Positions 61,961 to 64,000 of a stretch of DNA of 64,000 bases are shown here, piece by piece. The translations under genes were made by a program, and so were the position numbers. Below the pieces are notes generated by a model, which ran no database searches, had not been told where the DNA came from, and saw nothing but the letters and a program-made list of their open reading frames with translations. Source of the stretch: an uncultured bacterium (GTDB taxonomy: Bacteria; Patescibacteriota; Minisyncoccia; UBA6257; 2-01-FULL-56-20); the NCBI GenBank assembly GCA_963768625.1, contig CAVYIK010000003.1, positions 454,715 to 518,714 of the forward strand, written 5' to 3'. How positions within the stretch are numbered: the stretch's first letter is position 1; every line of letters starts with the position of its first letter.

Positions 61961-62689
61961 ATGTTCATTGATGAATTGGCCTGCCTGTTACGGGAGGAGT
62001 ACGTCTATCCGAACGTCAAGCTTGGCCACGATTTTTTTCACGTGGAAAGAATGGTCTCGCGTGGTCCGGAGATTTACGACGCCTTTCCATTGTTCGACCT
62101 CAACGAATTTGCCGTAGCGGTGTGGCTGCACAACGTGGACCGCTGCCGTACTTTAGGGGCCCGGATCGTCCAGAGCGGGGGACTCCGACAGTATCTCGAT
62201 GGCCTTTTAGGGGATGACTTTCCCCGCGAGGCCAAGGAGAGGATCATCATCGCCGACATCGACCACCCGAAGAAATATGATGAGCCCGGAGACATCCCAT
62301 TGCTCACCGCGGTCCGCGTGGCAGACAAGCTGGATCGTTTCAACCCGACGCTGTTGGTGGAAGCCCCCGCTTCATGGGCGCATCTCCCCATCTTTGATCC
62401 GGAAGATCCATTCGGCTATGACGACACCGAGCCGGGCGAGCACGGCCAATCCGGCGGGGGGCACAAAAGCATCTACGAGACCTACTATCGCGTGCTTGGG
62501 TGGGTCCCGATGATGCCTGAATGGGCCCGTAAGCTCATTCCGCGCGAACATCTGCGGCTCTTCATCACTTTCCTTCGATTGCTTGGAGCCCAGGCAGCGA
62601 AGCAATTCCAGACGGATAATCTCGTCGAGAACGATATCCGCCGAGCCCTGGGCCCGTGCTATATGTGGGCGAATCGGTATATCGGTTAA
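61961..62689 (+). CDS. HD-domain-like hypothetical protein
   Basis: RBS GGGAGGAattccgaATG. H...HD-type residues (GHDFFHVERM, WLHNVDR, DIDHPKK, RVADKLDRF). Confidence 0.4.
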   Translation: MFIDELACLLREEYVYPNVKLGHDFFHVERMVSRGPEIYDAFPLFDLNEFAVAVWLHNVDRCRTLGARIVQSGGLRQYLDGLLGDDFPREAKERIIIADIDHPKKYDEPGDIPLLTAVRVADKLDRFNPTLLVEAPASWAHLPIFDPEDPFGYDDTEPGEHGQSGGGHKSIYETYYRVLGWVPMMPEWARKLIPREHLRLFITFLRLLGAQAAKQFQTDNLVENDIRRALGPCYMWANRYIG

Positions 62690-62714
62690 TTCTCGCGGGT
62701 TGGTTTTCTTCCAG

Positions 62715-62746
62715 CGCGCCGGTTGAGAAATCGGCGCGTTTTTTTT
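62715..62746 (+). terminator. Rho-independent terminator
   Basis: Stem cgcgccg/cggcgcg followed by TTTTTTTT. Confidence 0.7.
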
Positions 62747-62783
62747 ATTGCCACCAATTGAATTGTGTCCTATTATTCTCCTT

Positions 62784-63740
62784 ATGAGCGCTTATAAGCG
62801 TATTCTCGTTACGGGCGGCAGCGCTGTTGCGGGCGACGGCTTAAAAAGCGTGGTCGCGAAAGGGGAATATCCCGGCCGTGAATTTATTTTCCCGACATCC
62901 AAAGAATGTAATTTACTGGATGCCGAAGCGACGAAAAAATTCGTCGCCGATTGGAAGCCGGACGCCATCATCCATTTTGCTGCCATCTCCGGCGGCATCC
63001 AGCTTACCATTGATCATCCGGCGAGCGTCTTGCGGGACAATGTTGTGCTCAATTTCAATGTTATTGAAGCTGCGCGGCTTGCGGGCGTCAAGAAGCTCTT
63101 AATGACGCTTTCCGCCGCCATGTATCCGCTTGAAGCTCCGGTGCCGATGAAAGAAGAGTGGATCCATAAAGGGTATCCCCACGAGACAAACTATAGTTAC
63201 GCATTTGCGAAGCGACTTATGGATCCGATGGCGCGGGCTTACAAAAAAGAGTTCGGCATGAATGTCGTCGGTATCATTCCTGGGGGGATCATCGGGCCGC
63301 GTAACAACTTTGATCCAAAATTTTCAACCGCGATTCCGGGGATGATCAAGCGATTCTACGAAGATCGCGAGGGGAATGATCCGCTCATCATCTGGGGAGA
63401 TGGCACGCCGGTTCGGCAGTTCACCTCGGCTGAAGACATCGGCCGCATCGCGATGTGGTTCATCGATAATTACAATGATCCGCAGCCCCTCAATATCAGT
63501 ACCATGGAGGAGACATCCATCAAGGACGCTGCATATATGGTTGCGGAATTCCTCAAACTTGATCCAAAGCGCATAGCGTTTGACACCTCGAAACCTTCCG
63601 GGACGCCGCGCCAATCAATCGACAGTTCGAAATTCATAGCGCTCTCCGGATTTAAATATGCGCCGAGCCGGGAAGCGATAAAACAAACGGTGGAATATTT
63701 TGCGGCGAACTACCCCGACGCTAAAAAACTCCGTCTTTAA
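62784..63740 (+). CDS. fcl: GDP-L-fucose synthase-like (GDP-4-keto-6-deoxymannose 3,5-epimerase/4-reductase family)
   Basis: ILVTGGSA..G, ECNLLDAEATKKF, IHFAA.SGGI, YSYAFAKR, GPRNNFDP and IIWGDGTPVRQF parallel the E. coli Fcl layout. The start is taken at MSAYKR. Confidence 0.65.
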   Translation: MSAYKRILVTGGSAVAGDGLKSVVAKGEYPGREFIFPTSKECNLLDAEATKKFVADWKPDAIIHFAAISGGIQLTIDHPASVLRDNVVLNFNVIEAARLAGVKKLLMTLSAAMYPLEAPVPMKEEWIHKGYPHETNYSYAFAKRLMDPMARAYKKEFGMNVVGIIPGGIIGPRNNFDPKFSTAIPGMIKRFYEDREGNDPLIIWGDGTPVRQFTSAEDIGRIAMWFIDNYNDPQPLNISTMEETSIKDAAYMVAEFLKLDPKRIAFDTSKPSGTPRQSIDSSKFIALSGFKYAPSREAIKQTVEYFAANYPDAKKLRL

Positions 63741-63741
63741 T

Positions 63742-64000
63742 ATGAAATACCGCGCTATCGGGAAAACCGGCATCAAAGTTTCGGAGATCGGCTTCGGCGC
63801 GTGGGGGATCGGCGGCGAAACTTTTGATGGAGCGCATTCCTACGGCGCGACCGATGACAATGAATCAAAGCGGGCGCTCCAAAGGGCTTTTGAGCTCGGC
63901 ATCACTTTTTACGACACCTCGGATATCTATGGATATGGACACAGTGAAGATCTGTTGGGAGAGGTATTCGGAAAGCGGAGGGACAAAGTGGTCATCGCAG
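63742..64000 (+). CDS. Aldo/keto reductase (partial, runs off the window)
   Basis: MKYRAIGKTGIKVSEIGFGAWGIGG...ALQRAFELGITFYDTSDIYGYGHSEDLLG is the AKR N-terminal signature. Confidence 0.75.
   Translation, partial: MKYRAIGKTGIKVSEIGFGAWGIGGETFDGAHSYGATDDNESKRALQRAFELGITFYDTSDIYGYGHSEDLLGEVFGKRRDKVVIA

Noticed and set aside
1-64000. CRISPR arrays, rRNA genes, IS elements with transposases, and code-25/code-4 style stop-codon reassignment.
   Set aside because: I saw no regularly spaced direct repeats, no rRNA-like sequence and no transposase motifs. TGA, TAA and TAG all terminate well-conserved intact genes, for example TGA at the tsaE stop (1206-1208) and at the PolX stop (18480-18482), so the standard code 11 applies.

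Overview
Gene-dense, moderately GC-rich bacterial window. The gene repertoire suggests a Patescibacteria/CPR (Parcubacteria-like) genome. This is inferred from a stand-alone 5'-3' exonuclease, PolX, an LTD protein, O-antigen-ligase-like membrane proteins, RNase J and RNase Y, and many -10 boxes abutting start codons. No database search was possible, so all product calls rest on motif recognition in the supplied ORF translations and on my own reading of the DNA.

Content:
(1) Housekeeping genes: tsaE, pyrG, holA-like, rpsT, ruvA, a Mur ligase, a beta-CASP hydrolase, a ClpA/B/C-type ATPase, PolX, infC-rpmI-rplT, smpB, argS, ileS, trpS, rnj, secG, gpmI and rny.
(2) RNA genes: tRNA-Arg(CCG), tRNA-Leu(CAG) and a tmRNA.
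(3) An AT-richer island of about 7.7 kb (about 21.0-28.7 kb). It starts with a large serine recombinase whose ORF overlaps the 3' end of ssrA, and it separates ssrA from smpB. Cargo includes two tandem TerS-like genes, a membrane bPH-AlbA_2 fusion, a Cys-rich secreted peptidoglycan-binding protein and a strongly structured RNA leader.
(4) A small tRNA-Arg-linked accessory patch with a duplicated tRNA 3' end, a 29-bp perfect palindrome, a DUF4258/DUF2283 pair and a P-loop kinase-like gene.
(5) A co-directional sugar-nucleotide/glycan cluster of about 16 kb (46.3-64 kb). It contains gmd, a GDP-mannose-3,5-epimerase-like gene, an fcl-like gene, GT11, gmhA, two C-methyltransferases, a TPP-dependent E1 alpha/beta pair, several SDRs and an RmlC-like epimerase.

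Most interesting observations: the ssrA island with its satellite-like gene content, a complete histidine-phosphatase domain nested inside IleRS, the branched-sugar logic of the glycan cluster, and several candidate structured RNAs.

Caveat: core genes in three blocks (1.2-10 kb, 13.9-15.6 kb, 36.5-40.3 kb) are broken by many +/-1 frameshifts, while more than 20 kb elsewhere is clean. The three breakpoints I resolved to the base all lie at short C/G runs. I interpret these as assembly or sequencing indels, so those genes are reported as full-span CDS with a frameshift note.
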